Shown here in pieces: positions 49,374 through 63,278 of a stretch of DNA of 64,000 nt. Where the stretch lies: assembly GCA_043228905.1 (NCBI GenBank), contig JBHGNT010000075.1:1-64000 (forward strand), in the 5' to 3' direction. Position numbers and translations under genes: made by a program. The notes under the pieces were generated by a model, which saw nothing but the letters and a program-made list of their open reading frames with translations, did not search any database and was not told where the DNA came from. This DNA comes from Azolla caroliniana. Taxonomy: Eukaryota; Plantae; Polypodiophyta. Each line of letters starts with the position of its first letter. Position 1 is the stretch's first letter.

Positions 49374-50940
49374 TATAAGAAAATAAATAAAGGCCGCAAC
49401 GCTTATAGATAAACTGATTTTCTAATAAAAAAGAACAGGATTGAGCCTTCTAGTACTTGTTGTGAACTAACTTTTAGTACTTGTTGTGAAGGTGGTTTTA
49501 ATGAGGAATAGAATAATATTATTGAAAACAATTTAGATAAAAAATGTTTAATGTTTTGGGATGTTACATTTTGGAATTGTTAATTGATAAAGAGTTAGTA
49601 AAACTTATGGAGAATCCAAACATGGATGAACAACCAGTTATTTGTTCTGCAGGAAGGAGGATTTTTTAAGAAAAAAAGACTCTATGTTCGATGTTTATAC
49701 AATATTAGAAATCTCTTACCTGTCAAGTTGAACTTACCAATGGTTGTTCTGCTAGTACTTTGGGTTATAAAATAGAAAGAATAGAAAGAATGTGAAACAG
49801 TTACTTTGAGTGGTGGTTATTTGACCGAGCCTATTGATATTTACTATCGCTAAGAATGCGGTTGAGTAAGGCCCGCCCGAAAACGACATATAAAAAGCAC
49901 TCTACCCAGCTGGAAGGTGCAGAGCAGGAAGATATATTGATGAGTGGGTCGAAGAAACAAAGAAAGGGTTATAAACAGCAGCAAAAAAGGCCTTCATCAA
50001 GTACACAATCAAATACACAATCAAAAGCAGCAGCTGGGAGATCACCTATTTCTTCCTGTCAGCTCACAATTGTTGCTTGCATCCAGGCCTGTCTGCAGAC
50101 AATGAATCAAAGCAATCCTTCAACGCTTCTTCCGCCGGCCGCAGAGACCAAAGCAGTGCTGCTTTGTAAACTAAACCGTGATTCAATGTATCTTTTAGAG
50201 CCTGAAAGTTCGTTGAAACCAGACCTGCAGTCCGGCGGCAGGGTCTACGACTGACTTCAGGCAACATGAATTACGAAGCTTTTTTGTCAAGGAATAAGAA
50301 GAAATATAAAGTACTAAAAAGAATATCATCATTTTATGATGGAGTTTATAAGTATTTGATATATAAGTCTTTAAATTTGTTTATCAAAAAGATTACATAT
50401 GCTGACAGGATCGGTCGATCCAAAAAAATTATTAATAGATTTAAGATATCATTTGCTCTCAACTTGGACAACAGCTGTTTGTATGCATCTTTTAGGTTAT
50501 ATAATGGTAATTCTTTTTAGACCAGAAGGCAACAAACAAGTTTATAGCTGGTGACAGTAATCAATTATTCTATCTATTGGGAATAAGTGGGATAACTAGT
50601 ATGATTCTATCACTGGTGAGTGTAAAAAAGAATGGAACTATTACAAACAAAAAAGAAGTTATATGCGAATGCGCAAGTCTTACTGTTAGGTGGTCTAACA
50701 TGGTACCTTATAGGCGTGATAGATCTTCCATTAATAAAAGATCAAATAGATGTTATAGGTATGTTTTAGAATGTTTTATGTCTTCAGCCGGAGAAGATAT
50801 AGAAGCATCTCGAGGTTGGTTCTGCGGTCAGCACGCAACCTTCTTCTTCCTCAGCAACCAACCGAAAATGGTGGGGCTAGTGTGCAGCCTAAGCATGTAC
50901 CGGAAGAAGGCTCTAAAACTACGGCTGATAGTAGTTCAAG

Positions 50941-50980
<40 letters not shown>

Positions 50981-53639
50981 GCGAGAGAAGATTCTCGGCT
51001 GAGCGTGTAGTGAAGGACGACAGAGAGCTAAATTATTATTCTTCGGAATCAGTTAAAATATCAACAGGTTCTGCTAGAGAAGGAGTAGAATCGCAGGCAG
51101 GTCTCGCTCGGAAAATGTTGCTTGCGCAGGTCTCGCTCGGGAAATGTTGCTTGCGCAGGTCTTAGGAGAATCGGGTGACGCTACAAATAAAGAACCAATG
51201 TATAAAAATAAGTCTTTTTGGGGAGTGGTACTCACTACTATAAATATATGTGTAATAACCTATATCTTTGGCGGTAGTAGTGGTGGAGGTAGCAGTGACA
51301 GTAGCCCGTCTGCTAGTAGCATAATAGGTGAATCCAATCCCTTCTTATATCTATATAATTGGCTGAGACCTCCACATAACAGACTTAATTTACCGCTTTA
51401 AACGAAATAGACTCTGTAAATTCAACAGGTAGAATAATGGAAAGCGCGTCGTATGCATTAGATTATCTGCTTCATAACAGCAACGAATTCTACATGTCAA
51501 TTCAGTATCCTTTACAGCAAGCAACCTGAAAGGTTTTCTTTATTGAATTTGTATAAGATTGGTACATGAGCGCATTCAGCGTGGTATGCGGCTAGATACC
51601 AGGCCTTCAGAAAGCGAAATTAACACTATTGTGGGTGGAAAGATTATTATCTTTTAATAGCAGGGAATCATCATTATTGGGTATTTCAGACACTCACTGA
51701 AATTTATTTACAAATTAATTCCTATCTTACTGCATCTGATATACCTCCAATAACTACTATTAGAAACAACGGAATGCATACTGTTCTATATCCTGCCTGA
51801 AAGTTATTCAGTTTCAGTCATAAATCGTCCATCGCTATTAACCAATAGTAGTGAGAGTGACAGTGATATTATACCTCCCAACAGGTTTACGTGGAAAATA
51901 CAAATCTTCTTACCACTGACAGTGCTGATGAGGTTCTTGTACCTCCCGTTGATCAAAACATGTCGAAACACAAACTGAAGAAAGGCCAACTGATGCCGAA
52001 ACACAAACTGATACAGACCTATCTCGTAGGGGAAGTCGCCGTTCTTCGACGACAGAAAGAAGCAGCGACAGATGAAAATCTAGCTTCAACTGCCTTCTCC
52101 GCCCGGTTACATAGTTATACTGCATATGATAATCCTCTTATGGATGATCCTTTTATAAATGATGAATAAGAATATCACCATGAACCACTTTCTTCGCCGC
52201 CGAACACTACCACCACCTCAAAAAAATTCTGAGATTAGCTGCTTTCCTTTCGCGCAGGCAGGCAGTAATGGTGAAAGAGAGTCCTCCCCGCTACATCAGC
52301 ATGCCGAATCTGCTGCGACAATGAAGCCCACAGTGCAGAGTTTTTTTCATTTCTATGCTATTCTATAAATTAATATTGAAAGCCGCAGTCTAATCTTTTA
52401 GAGGATGGATGGGTAAACGTCTCAGGTTCAATCGTTGATTTCTGCCTAGGAAATGGCATTGGATGAAGAGTTCAATCCTGCTTCACTCTGCTGCGGTTCT
52501 TCCCACGCACGCTGAACCCGTTCTTCACGTAGTGTCGATGCAGACATTTTTGCCTGCCGAGTAGCTGCATCATGCAATTTTGTTTTTGTTTTGGCGGGCG
52601 GTCTTCGCATTAGACTGATCTTTCGATGCAGCGAGATCCCGCCCACCAACTCTGCTTGCTGGGAGAGCAGCACCTGTCTTAACGGTTACGGCTAGAGGGT
52701 CCAATCCTTTTCAATATGTCGTCTACGCAAGCAGACAAGAACAATTATTCTATCAACCTCCCGCAACTAATAAAGTTGTTAAAGAAGAAACAATGCAGCA
52801 GCTCTATCTATTATAAAGCATTGCTTTAAAGAGTCTAATCTGCCGGCCGTTAGGATGGATGGGTAAACGCCCAATCGTTGATTTCTGCCTAGGAAATGAT
52901 GAATAGATTTTGAGGCATGTTTCAATCCTGTTCCTTCCTTCCTCTCTGCAACTTATTTATCAAGTCAAGGAGGAGTGCCCTTACTTATATTATATTCTTC
53001 ACTTATCTTCGATGTTGTTGGAGTAGCATAATGCTGCGAGTCGGCGTTCTTCGCAGGCAGTAGCTTGATCCTTTTTTTTCGATGTAACTTTGATGTCGTT
53101 GTTGGCCTGTGCAGCGACTATGCCACCAGTACATTCCGTGAACTGCTGCTTGCTGTTTTAGACCATTATCCTCTTCTTTATGGGTTGTCTTCCAAAGATC
53201 TTCTTCTTTGTTTTTGACCATTTTATATAATTGAAGTTATTCTTTTTTCTGTAGCTTTTCGAAGAACTTTGGAAGCTCAAGCTGTAACATTTCTTCGATT
53301 GTCGTGCGTTTTAATCGCTCAATACATTTTCTTCGAGCTTCTGTATTTTCTCTTGTAACATCTTCTTTTCACGACGTTGTAACACTTCTTCACGACTCGT
53401 AGCTTTCCTCTTCTTGCGCTTCTGCGGCGTAGGTTCTACAGCTGCTACTTTATTAGGTGAAGCCACGGGACGGGTTGGTTCTTCAACCTTTCTTTTTAGG
53501 GTTTGTATCTACCCACAGCCCATCCTTGAATACCAATTATCTCTTGCTTGCTTGAGAGAGGGATCAATACCCACATTAAGCATCATTTCTTTGCGGTAAA
53601 TGCTGACTGAGATCTTTCCAATTTATATGAAAGTTAGCT

Positions 53640-55170
53640 GTTAGAAGGTTTGTACTCGTTCAAGGTTTTGATATTGTTCCTCGCTTAAAATTTACCAATT
53701 TCTTGGCTGCACCTTTGTATCTTACCATATCACCATCCTCAATTTTAAATGCATAACATTTAGGTGCTAAGAAATAACCCTCTATTACTTTTTTATATTC
53801 AAGCTTAAATTTACCCAACTCGAAGATACTAACTCCGGAGGCAACGGTTTGTCTAGTACTACAGAGTCTGTATCGGTATAGTAGGAACCCGGGAAATATA
53901 GGGATACATGTGTATTCGAGCATATGCTGTTATTGCTGCCGACATCTGTACAGCTGAGGAAGAGCCGGCGTTCCGTGAGTCCATCCAATGAATCATCGAT
54001 CTAAATGAATCGTCTTTACAATCCTCATTTCTCAGTTTCTGCTGCATTTGTGTTGTATAAGTCAATATATAATGCGTATTATTTATAGCTTCAGCTATAC
54101 CATATGGATATATTGACATTATCTTGTCAAGTCTTTCTTGATCACAGATCTCTGTTATATTCATTTCTGGTTTTATACCAAACCTTCCGTACAGAGAGTT
54201 CATTGTCAATTTGTGCAGAGATGACGTCACCATGTCGCCTCTCTTTTTTGCTTCCTGCCTCTCTTTATATATCTCGCTTACAAATTCAATAAAAGTTTCT
54301 TTCCTTTCAAATAAATACCCATGCTTAACTTCTACTTTGTAACCCAATCTTATAGCATATTTTAACTCTTCCGTAAAGTAGACGCCTGTAAACGTCCCTG
54401 TAGGAAATATGTTCCCTTGTAATGTAAGGATCTTTATAGGGTAGTAATGGTATTTTAATTGTATCAGGGCATTCGCTTCCACAAAGCAGCCAAATAGATG
54501 CTCCATATCGCTGCCTGACAAGTCTCCATACAGGTTTTCCCCCTGGCATAGGCTTTGTCATTACGTAAGGGTATAACGAGTTCACGTCATAATAATACAT
54601 TTCCTTACCATACGGCTTGTATACATCAGTGTGGCCACCAACCCAACCTCGCTCGTCGAATAAATGATGCTTTGTTAGCATCAGGCCTGTATATTGGATA
54701 TGCTTTTGGATAGTAGTGAGTACGATAGATCTTCATTGCCATCGACGACACTGTCAGACATTTCGTTATATCTATACTAAACCGATCCCAGCAAGCAAGC
54801 AGTATTTTTCTTATACTTTGCTTAAGCACTCCAGCTAATATCATTATATCCTGTTTTAGATACTTTATTAATTCATATTGTTTATCTCTAATATTTAACT
54901 TGTTCGATTCTTTATGCGGAATTGAACCTTTACTACTCAGCTCTGGACGCATTGTCTCAGCTAGAGATTTCAACGAAGGTAATAGTTTTAGAGAGTCCCG
55001 TATATATAATAGCGGTGTTTTCAGTTTCTTTTTATCATATATAATAATTTGATCTATTTGATGTTCTCTAATTCTAGTTTTTAATATTATATTAGGTTGG
55101 ATAACTAAATATTTCAATAGCAAGATGCCGTCAAATCGAGACAGATTATGACAATATACCTGCTCAAAAA
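53640..55170 (-). mobile_element. Decayed linear-plasmid-type protein-primed family B DNA polymerase (dpo) pseudogene
   Basis: HNLSRFDG, RDSLKLLP, YYYDVNSLYPYVM..PMP, KLTMNSLYGRFG, YYTDTDS and FLAPKCYA spread over several frameshifted ORFs. Confidence 0.9.
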
Positions 55171-58100
55171 ATGAATAAATTATTAAACGGGCGGGCGGTT
55201 GCTGAGCACGTTAGCTCTTCTCTCCTATTCAAATATTTAGTGCCGCTACTAACACAATTAGTCATATTGAGGGTTTTTAGGAAATGGAAGAGCGGGCGGC
55301 TAACGTTTCTTTTCTTTAACGCCCTTCCGTTCCGTTCACTACGCGAGCGGAGTGATAAGAGCCCGCTCGTGAGGCGAATAGCAAAAAGTGCTTCCATTTC
55401 TACCTTAGTTTCTGCACGAAAAGACACACAGCTTGCCTACGTTCACTCCAAGTATACTCCGTTTTCATTACAGAAACGTATTATGCTAAGATTTCCCATC
55501 AAAATCTGATTATACCCATGTTCTGGAAGTTTTTAGATTGTGTAAAACCATTTTAGTTCTAGGGGCACCCTCCAACTCACTTGAAAGTGTCAAATTAGCT
55601 ACAGAGAATCCTCGTGGTTAAAAACGCATAAAGACGTGAAGTGGAGCTTTGACCAAAAAATTGTTTTAATTTAACAAATCTTTACTAAGCTAAGAGTCAG
55701 AGAGAAAAGCGTACGTCACTCACTTAGCATAGAGCGTTTTGTGAGGGCACATTATGTACAAACTTTTGGAGAAACTCAGTATGATTATCTCCCCCTATTA
55801 CCTAGTCGAAATATGAAGAAACTCTATTGAATTCCATTTCTCAATGGCCACAACTTTCTTGTCAAAGGAACTTCCGTAATTGAAAGAGAATTCTGAGACT
55901 CTTGCGCATCTTTGAGAGTTCAAAGTAATTATCATCACTTCAGCCAACACAGAAGGGGAGACTTATTTCTCATGGAGCGGCTTTAAGAAAAGTGCAGGGA
56001 AGGCAAAGTGAAATATGATGACCAGGGCTATATTGAATTCTGCATATATTACTCCTACAATTGCACGCAACGTCTTTGGTTTGGAAAACAAATAGGTTGT
56101 ACCAGGATGGGGGCTTAATGAATGGTTGGATAAGTGAAGGCACCGCACGTTACTATTGAATAAATGGTGAATAAATGGCTTCTGTAGTGTTTTTCTCTTC
56201 AGGTAATGGAATGTATACGTCGGGGCGGGGTCCGCCCCCGCCCACGCCCAAGACGTAAGATGATGATCCGCCTTGCCGATGGCCGTTCCGCTCCCGGTTA
56301 GTTATTGGCGAGAGGCAGTAACTAACCGAGCGAGAGATTATCAACAGGTTTCATTTCCGATCCGAAAATATTGTTTAAAACAGTAATTTCCTGAAGAGTA
56401 TGAATAATAGAATAAGCAATATGATTCACATTTCAATACGGATAAGGGCTCCACCAAGAGATTGTTTTTTTTTCCATCGCACTAAACTAAAAAGGAATCG
56501 TTGACGTTAGCCTTAGTTCCCCTTTGGCCTCTTCAGTGCCAGTCTTAGATTGAATTTGCTGCAAGAGCGATAGACCTGTAAATTCCCCAAAGACCTACAG
56601 TGAGCTGTGTATTCCTCCTAACAGAAGAGCTACCTTCTTGTAGTTCTTGTAGAAGGTATACCTTACCCAGATTGCAGTAGTTCTATCCCAGAAAAAGCCG
56701 GCACCTTCATTCATGGTGCTTGAAGAAACAGCAAGCAGGTTAATCCGTAAACGTTAGTCACAAGGGGTACAGGAGTGATGTCACGGGAATTGATGATAAG
56801 TATGCAGGTTCCAGCTAAGCTAACGTAGCAGTTGGTGGTCCTCGTATCGATAGATCTCGCCCTCTATTTCTATCTGTTGGTGGCTTCTTGGCTGTTCTCG
56901 CAGCTTCTCAACAGCTGGCGTGGGTTCTCTACAACCTGTTGTTTTTGTTGCTTCCTTGCAGTCCGTTCCTGTTGGTCGAATGGCTGCTTTAGTCTTGTTG
57001 TTCAAGAACGGCGGCTCTGCTGAGGAAATCAACGATCGGACTATTATTCCTCAAAGACCTTTCGCCAATTGATCCAGAATCGATTTGACAAACAAAATAG
57101 GCCAATCGTTGATTTGAGCATGTCTTAGATTGAACTTGTTGCAGGTTCGATAAGGGTAAGCGGATTCCCGGCGCGCGCGCGCGGCGGAAGAAACCTAGCG
57201 AAGACTTCCCTGGCTCTGTCATTCTGATTGGACTGTAGATGATTAAACCATATATTTGAATCTACCAAATTTCTTCTAGATCGTTCGTTTTAGATGGTAT
57301 GATTGGCTACCGGGTTCCCTGCCAATGATGTTATAGATACGGAAGTTGCCCTCTTAATGAGTATAGAAATCGTTTTCAGTGGGAAAATAGCGCTAACATT
57401 ATATTCGGTCGTACCGCTGGTTCCCTGTTCTACAGGGGTTTCTCGGCTTTACAGTCTCTCTCGTGACCCTACTATGAAAAACACGCCGCAGATTAGCCAT
57501 GAAAAAGACGACATGTGCTACAACAAATCATCCTTTCAGAATGACACAACTTTGGTTTGGCCAAATCCTGTCCTGCGGGACTAAAATCTGCAAAATAAAA
57601 AAGTAGTTTTCGCTCGTTATATTCGCTAGGCCCGCATTCTGCATAGTAACATTCGTTTCTTCCAAAACAAAGCATACGCTTTGGACGTATTTGCGGAACA
57701 TTTAGGGTTTTCTTTTCTGATTTTTTTCAATCTAGCCTTTTGTTCAACAACTCTTTCTTTTTGGTTCACTAATCCGTCATCCTCCTCAAAGTCTAAATCA
57801 TAGCGATCCTACGGATCAAGCTCTAGTACATCGTCATCAATTTCTGTACTTTGTGAAGTGTCTATAGCGGTGTCTACGTAGTAATCATACTCGTCATGGG
57901 AGGTTGAGCCGTAAATTGCTTATCTCACGCAGCATGAAAATGAAGGGTTTTCGATGAAGCGGTTCATGCGGTCGGGCGGGGGTTTCTGTATCTCGATGTC
58001 ATTTAAAAAATCCAAGTGCGCACGCAGGCAGGCAGTTTAACCAACTTAGACTACAATCCACGACACCGCTTTCTCCGGCCGGAATCTCCATCAACGCAAT

Positions 58101-58448
58101 GATCAACATCCTCCATGCCCTTCGTGACAGCAAGCAACACTGACTCTTGACTCAGATTCTTTGTTTGCCGTGATCCCCTTTTTGCAAAATAAAATATACC
58201 CCCTTTCCCCCCAATAATTGAGATAGTCGTCGTTTTTGCTTCCAACACTATGGATGGTTAGAATGTATACAGCCTGTAGCTGTTGTACTGCTCGTAGCCC
58301 TCGTTACGTTATTTTGTGCCGCTTCATCGTTGAGTCTTCTTGCCCAACCTTTTCGTTAGTAGTGTTTGCAGTAATGGGTGTAATCTCCCGCCAGGTCTCC
58401 GGTTTCACTTCCGCTGCTGTAATGACATGTGCCCATTCTTCCGCCCGC

Positions 58449-58489
<41 letters not shown>

Positions 58490-59210
58490 AAGGGGAACTC
58501 CAAAGAGGCAAAGAATTAGCAATGCCCACAGCCTCGGTAGCGTAGCAGGATCTTCCAGTGAGTGTTGAATAAGCAAAATATACGAGGCCATTGGACCTCA
58601 TCAAACTCTTTTGCGACACCTTTTCGTTCGACTAAACAAATCAGCGAGACCGTGCTGCTGCTGCGTGGGACCTCAAACAGTTGCCTGATACTTCAGGCGT
58701 GTAAATAAGAAAATCCAAATAACAATTGTTACGTTTATAGCCTATAACTGGCTTGATCCGGCTTTCTTTCTTGGGCGAGGCCCGAAAGAAAAGAAAAGAA
58801 AAGAAAAGAAGCCGTTTAAAGTCTGACAGACTGTAAAAGAGTAAGTATTAGCCATGGTGATTCTATTTTGTTCTTCTTAATATATTAAAAGTTATTACTT
58901 CGGAAACGGTAGAGCCTCTAGCAAGCCGGTGGTGCAAGCGAATAAGGTGAATGGGACCCTACTTTTCTATCGGGAGTATTTCGTTTTATGAAAAAACCTC
59001 ATAAAGCCCGTATATGCCCGGGTTCATATATCAAAATAAACCCTAATCTTGGCTCGGAAAGTCGAAGCGGGAAGTGGCCGAATGAAAAAAGCGTTTGATT
59101 TCAGTAAATCCGCTTTCAAAAGAGAGATTCGAATCGTATCTCCTCCCTTAATGCCAAAGTATACTTCGTATTCAAGAAGGAAAAACGAAGTGCAATGAGT
59201 TTAATGGTGC

Positions 59211-59513
59211 TCGACCTTTCATGCGATTAGGAAATTCCACGGCAATGGTCCCGCGAATTCGAGAAGTTACCACCGGAATGGCCAGCCCAATTGCGAATTC
59301 CGCAACTGCCACCGTTAACACTAGTAAAGTGAGTGATTAACCCATCATATCATCCGAATAGACAGAAAATACCGGAGAGTTCAAATTGACAGCCAATAAC
59401 ATTAACTCAATTAGCGTCGGCATAATAGTAATATTCCTTCTATTTGAGAGAATTCCCTGAATACCTGAAAGAGAGGAAATCATGGAAAATGTCAAATATT
59501 TGACCAGATCCGT
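59211..59513 (-). CDS. nad4L: NADH dehydrogenase subunit 4L (ACG start, CGA edited to stop)
   Basis: [35 protein letters not shown](Q)..VA(A)AE(S)[16 protein letters not shown]. Confidence 0.93.
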
Positions 59514-59733
59514 AAGAAAAAGTCTTTCTTCGTTTCATAAAAATCGTAGTGAGATTGGTTCTTTATAATCATGGCTGTTTAAAAAGAAGTGAAAAGGGGC
59601 AAGTAATCCCATATACCAATATAGCGAAAAGTGACCGAAGCATGATGCAGGTTCGGTTGAAAGGAAGAACCCGCTAGCCCGCCCTGAACAAGGGCAAAGC
59701 ATTCCGTAGGTATATAATCTAATGTGCACTTTC

Positions 59734-59807
59734 CGCATCCTACAGGACTTGAACCTGTGACCTTCAACTTAGAAGGTTGTTGCTCTATCCGACTGAGCTA
59801 AGGATGC
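59734..59807 (-). tRNA. trnR-UCU: tRNA-Arg(UCU), second copy
   Basis: Identical to 47436-47509. Confidence 0.92.
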
Positions 59808-59961
59808 TGTGCATTACAAACACTTCTAGGCTTTTCAGTTAAGTCAGGTAAAACTTGCTTGCCTTTTCGCCGAAAAAGCAATAGAAAAAAGTTATGAATA
59901 CAAGAAAGAAGAAACCGCAACCGCAGCCCTGGATGATTCTTCCTGAAGTAAGTTCTAAAGA

Positions 59962-60351
59962 ATGCCATTCTTTTCCGTAAAGACTTTTCTTCTCATTTTC
60001 GAATTTGCCCCTATTTCTTTCTACCTAGTCATCAGTTTGCTACCTTCCCTGATCCCAATTGGTGCTTTTTTCGCATTTGCTTTGAAAGGTTCGGCCTATC
60101 CGGATAAATTGTCAGCTCACGAACGCGGTTCTGACCTACTTGGTGATGTCAGAAGTCGTTTTGATACATGACCTTATTCGGTCTCCCCTTCATTTATTAT
60201 CTTCGATTCGGAAGTGACCCTCTCGTTTCCCCGGGCAGTATCCTCGAACAAGATTGGTTGGTTTGGATTTCGGTCTATGATGGTGTTTGTACGGATTCCG
60301 ACCATTGGATCTCTTCATGAATGGAAAAAGGGCGCTCTGGACTGGGAGTAA
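59962..60351 (+). CDS. nad3: NADH dehydrogenase subunit 3, second copy
   Basis: Identical to 47664-48053. Confidence 0.93.
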
Positions 60352-60459
60352 CCGACACTGAAGAGTCAGGCCCCATCAAGGCAGATGCATGATGAACGCT
60401 TTTCGGGGCCGCACGCAGAAGGAAAAACACAGAATGAACCGAATACTACTATTACTATC

Positions 60460-61671
60460 ATGGCCAGGTGACTTCCAATTCTTAAATAGCCTTTATTTTC
60501 TATACTTAACTAGCATTCGATAGATCATCTAATTCTGAGCAATATAAGTCATCGGTGGGGGTTTGGTTTGTTAGCCGGTCTTCGTCCAGTCATTTAGATC
60601 ATTATCGGCGTCTTTTCAGCTATGTATTATACACCTCATGTCGATCTGGCTCTCAACAGCGTAGAACACATTATGAGAGATGTGAAGGGAGGCTGGTTGC
60701 TTTGTTACATGTATGCCAATGGGGCCAGTATGTTCTTCACTGCAGTTCATATCTATATTTTCTGCGGTCCGTATCATGGAAGCTATATCAGTCTCAGAGA
60801 ATTCATTCGGTGTCTCGGAGTTGTCACCCTTCTATCAACGATCGTTACCGCTTTCACAGGCCATGTACTCTTCCGGGGTTAAATGAGCTTTCGGGGAGCT
60901 ATAGTAACTACCAGCTCAGCTAGTGTCGTATTTATAGTAGGAGATACCATAGTCACTCGGCTTTGGGGTGGTTTCTCCGTAGACAATGCCACCCTAAATC
61001 GTTTCTCCAGTCCTTATCACTCACTCCTTTTCGTAATTGCAGGCGCTAGTCCTATCTATCCGGCTGCGTTATATTAATACGGATTCAACAATCCATTGGG
61101 CATAAATTCTTCTGTGGATAAAATTGCTTTTCATCTCTATCTTTACGCCAAGGATTTGGTGGGTCGGGTAGCATTTGCCATTTTCTTCTCCATCCGGCTC
61201 TTCTATGCACCTAATGTCTTGGGATACTCCGACAATTATATGCCTGCGAATCCGATGTTCACTCTGGCTTATATTGTATTAGAATGGTATCCCTTATCAA
61301 TCTATGCTATTCCGTGAAGTATCCTCAACAAATTAGGAGGAGTGGCCGCTACAGGACCAGTTTTTGTGTCATCACTGGCCCCACTTTTCCTTAACACTTC
61401 CGCAGTACGGAGTTTAAGTTCTTGACTAATTTACTAAAGAATGTTTCGGTTGCCTTTGGCCGATTGCTTACTTTTAGGTTGGATTGGATGTTAACCAGTG
61501 GAGGCACCGCACGTTACTATTGGATAAATGGCTTTTGTAGTGTTTTCCTCTTATTCTGCTATCACGCCCATTCTTGGCCAAATAGAAGCCAGATTAATAA
61601 TGAATGCCGACGATGCCACGATAGGTCGGCACTTCGCTATGCCAGTTTATTACCCCAGCCAGAACCGCTAA
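60460..61671 (+). CDS. cob: Apocytochrome b, second copy
   Basis: Identical to 48162-49373. Confidence 0.95.
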
Positions 61672-63238
61672 TATAAGAAAATAAATAAAGGCCGCAACGC
61701 TTATAGATAAACTGATTTTCTAATAAAAAAGAACAGGATTGAGCCTTCTAGTACTTGTTGTGAACTAACTTTTAGTACTTGTTGTGAAGGTGGTTTTAAT
61801 GAGGAATAGAATAATATTATTGAAAACAATTTAGATAAAAAATGTTTAATGTTTTGGGATGTTACATTTTGGAATTGTTAATTGATAAAGAGTTAGTAAA
61901 ACTTATGGAGAATCCAAACATGGATGAACAACCAGTTATTTGTTCTGCAGGAAGGAGGATTTTTTAAGAAAAAAAGACTCTATGTTCGATGTTTATACAA
62001 TATTAGAAATCTCTTACCTGTCAAGTTGAACTTACCAATGGTTGTTCTGCTAGTACTTTGGGTTATAAAATAGAAAGAATAGAAAGAATGTGAAACAGTT
62101 ACTTTGAGTGGTGGTTATTTGACCGAGCCTATTGATATTTACTATCGCTAAGAATGCGGTTGAGTAAGGCCCGCCCGAAAACGACATATAAAAAGCACTC
62201 TACCCAGCTGGAAGGTGCAGAGCAGGAAGATATATTGATGAGTGGGTCGAAGAAACAAAGAAAGGGTTATAAACAGCAGCAAAAAAGGCCTTCATCAAGT
62301 ACACAATCAAATACACAATCAAAAGCAGCAGCTGGGAGATCACCTATTTCTTCCTGTCAGCTCACAATTGTTGCTTGCATCCAGGCCTGTCTGCAGACAA
62401 TGAATCAAAGCAATCCTTCAACGCTTCTTCCGCCGGCCGCAGAGACCAAAGCAGTGCTGCTTTGTAAACTAAACCGTGATTCAATGTATCTTTTAGAGCC
62501 TGAAAGTTCGTTGAAACCAGACCTGCAGTCCGGCGGCAGGGTCTACGACTGACTTCAGGCAACATGAATTACGAAGCTTTTTTGTCAAGGAATAAGAAGA
62601 AATATAAAGTACTAAAAAGAATATCATCATTTTATGATGGAGTTTATAAGTATTTGATATATAAGTCTTTAAATTTGTTTATCAAAAAGATTACATATGC
62701 TGACAGGATCGGTCGATCCAAAAAAATTATTAATAGATTTAAGATATCATTTGCTCTCAACTTGGACAACAGCTGTTTGTATGCATCTTTTAGGTTATAT
62801 AATGGTAATTCTTTTTAGACCAGAAGGCAACAAACAAGTTTATAGCTGGTGACAGTAATCAATTATTCTATCTATTGGGAATAAGTGGGATAACTAGTAT
62901 GATTCTATCACTGGTGAGTGTAAAAAAGAATGGAACTATTACAAACAAAAAAGAAGTTATATGCGAATGCGCAAGTCTTACTGTTAGGTGGTCTAACATG
63001 GTACCTTATAGGCGTGATAGATCTTCCATTAATAAAAGATCAAATAGATGTTATAGGTATGTTTTAGAATGTTTTATGTCTTCAGCCGGAGAAGATATAG
63101 AAGCATCTCGAGGTTGGTTCTGCGGTCAGCACGCAACCTTCTTCTTCCTCAGCAACCAACCGAAAATGGTGGGGCTAGTGTGCAGCCTAAGCATGTACCG
63201 GAAGAAGGCTCTAAAACTACGGCTGATAGTAGTTCAAG

Positions 63239-63278
<40 letters not shown>

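Larger units (their letters stand above)
47239..51702 (+). repeat. Direct repeat copy A, at least 4.5 kb (trnR, nad3, cob, AT-rich DNA)
   Basis: Matches 59532-64000 (offset 12298); partner runs off the window. Confidence 0.95.

Noticed and set aside
51097-51165. Short direct repeats as a CRISPR array
   Set aside because: Only about two abutting copies, no unique spacers, no cas genes, organellar context
55480-55960. LTR retrotransposon integrase fragment
   Set aside because: Only a vague resemblance, with no diagnostic motif
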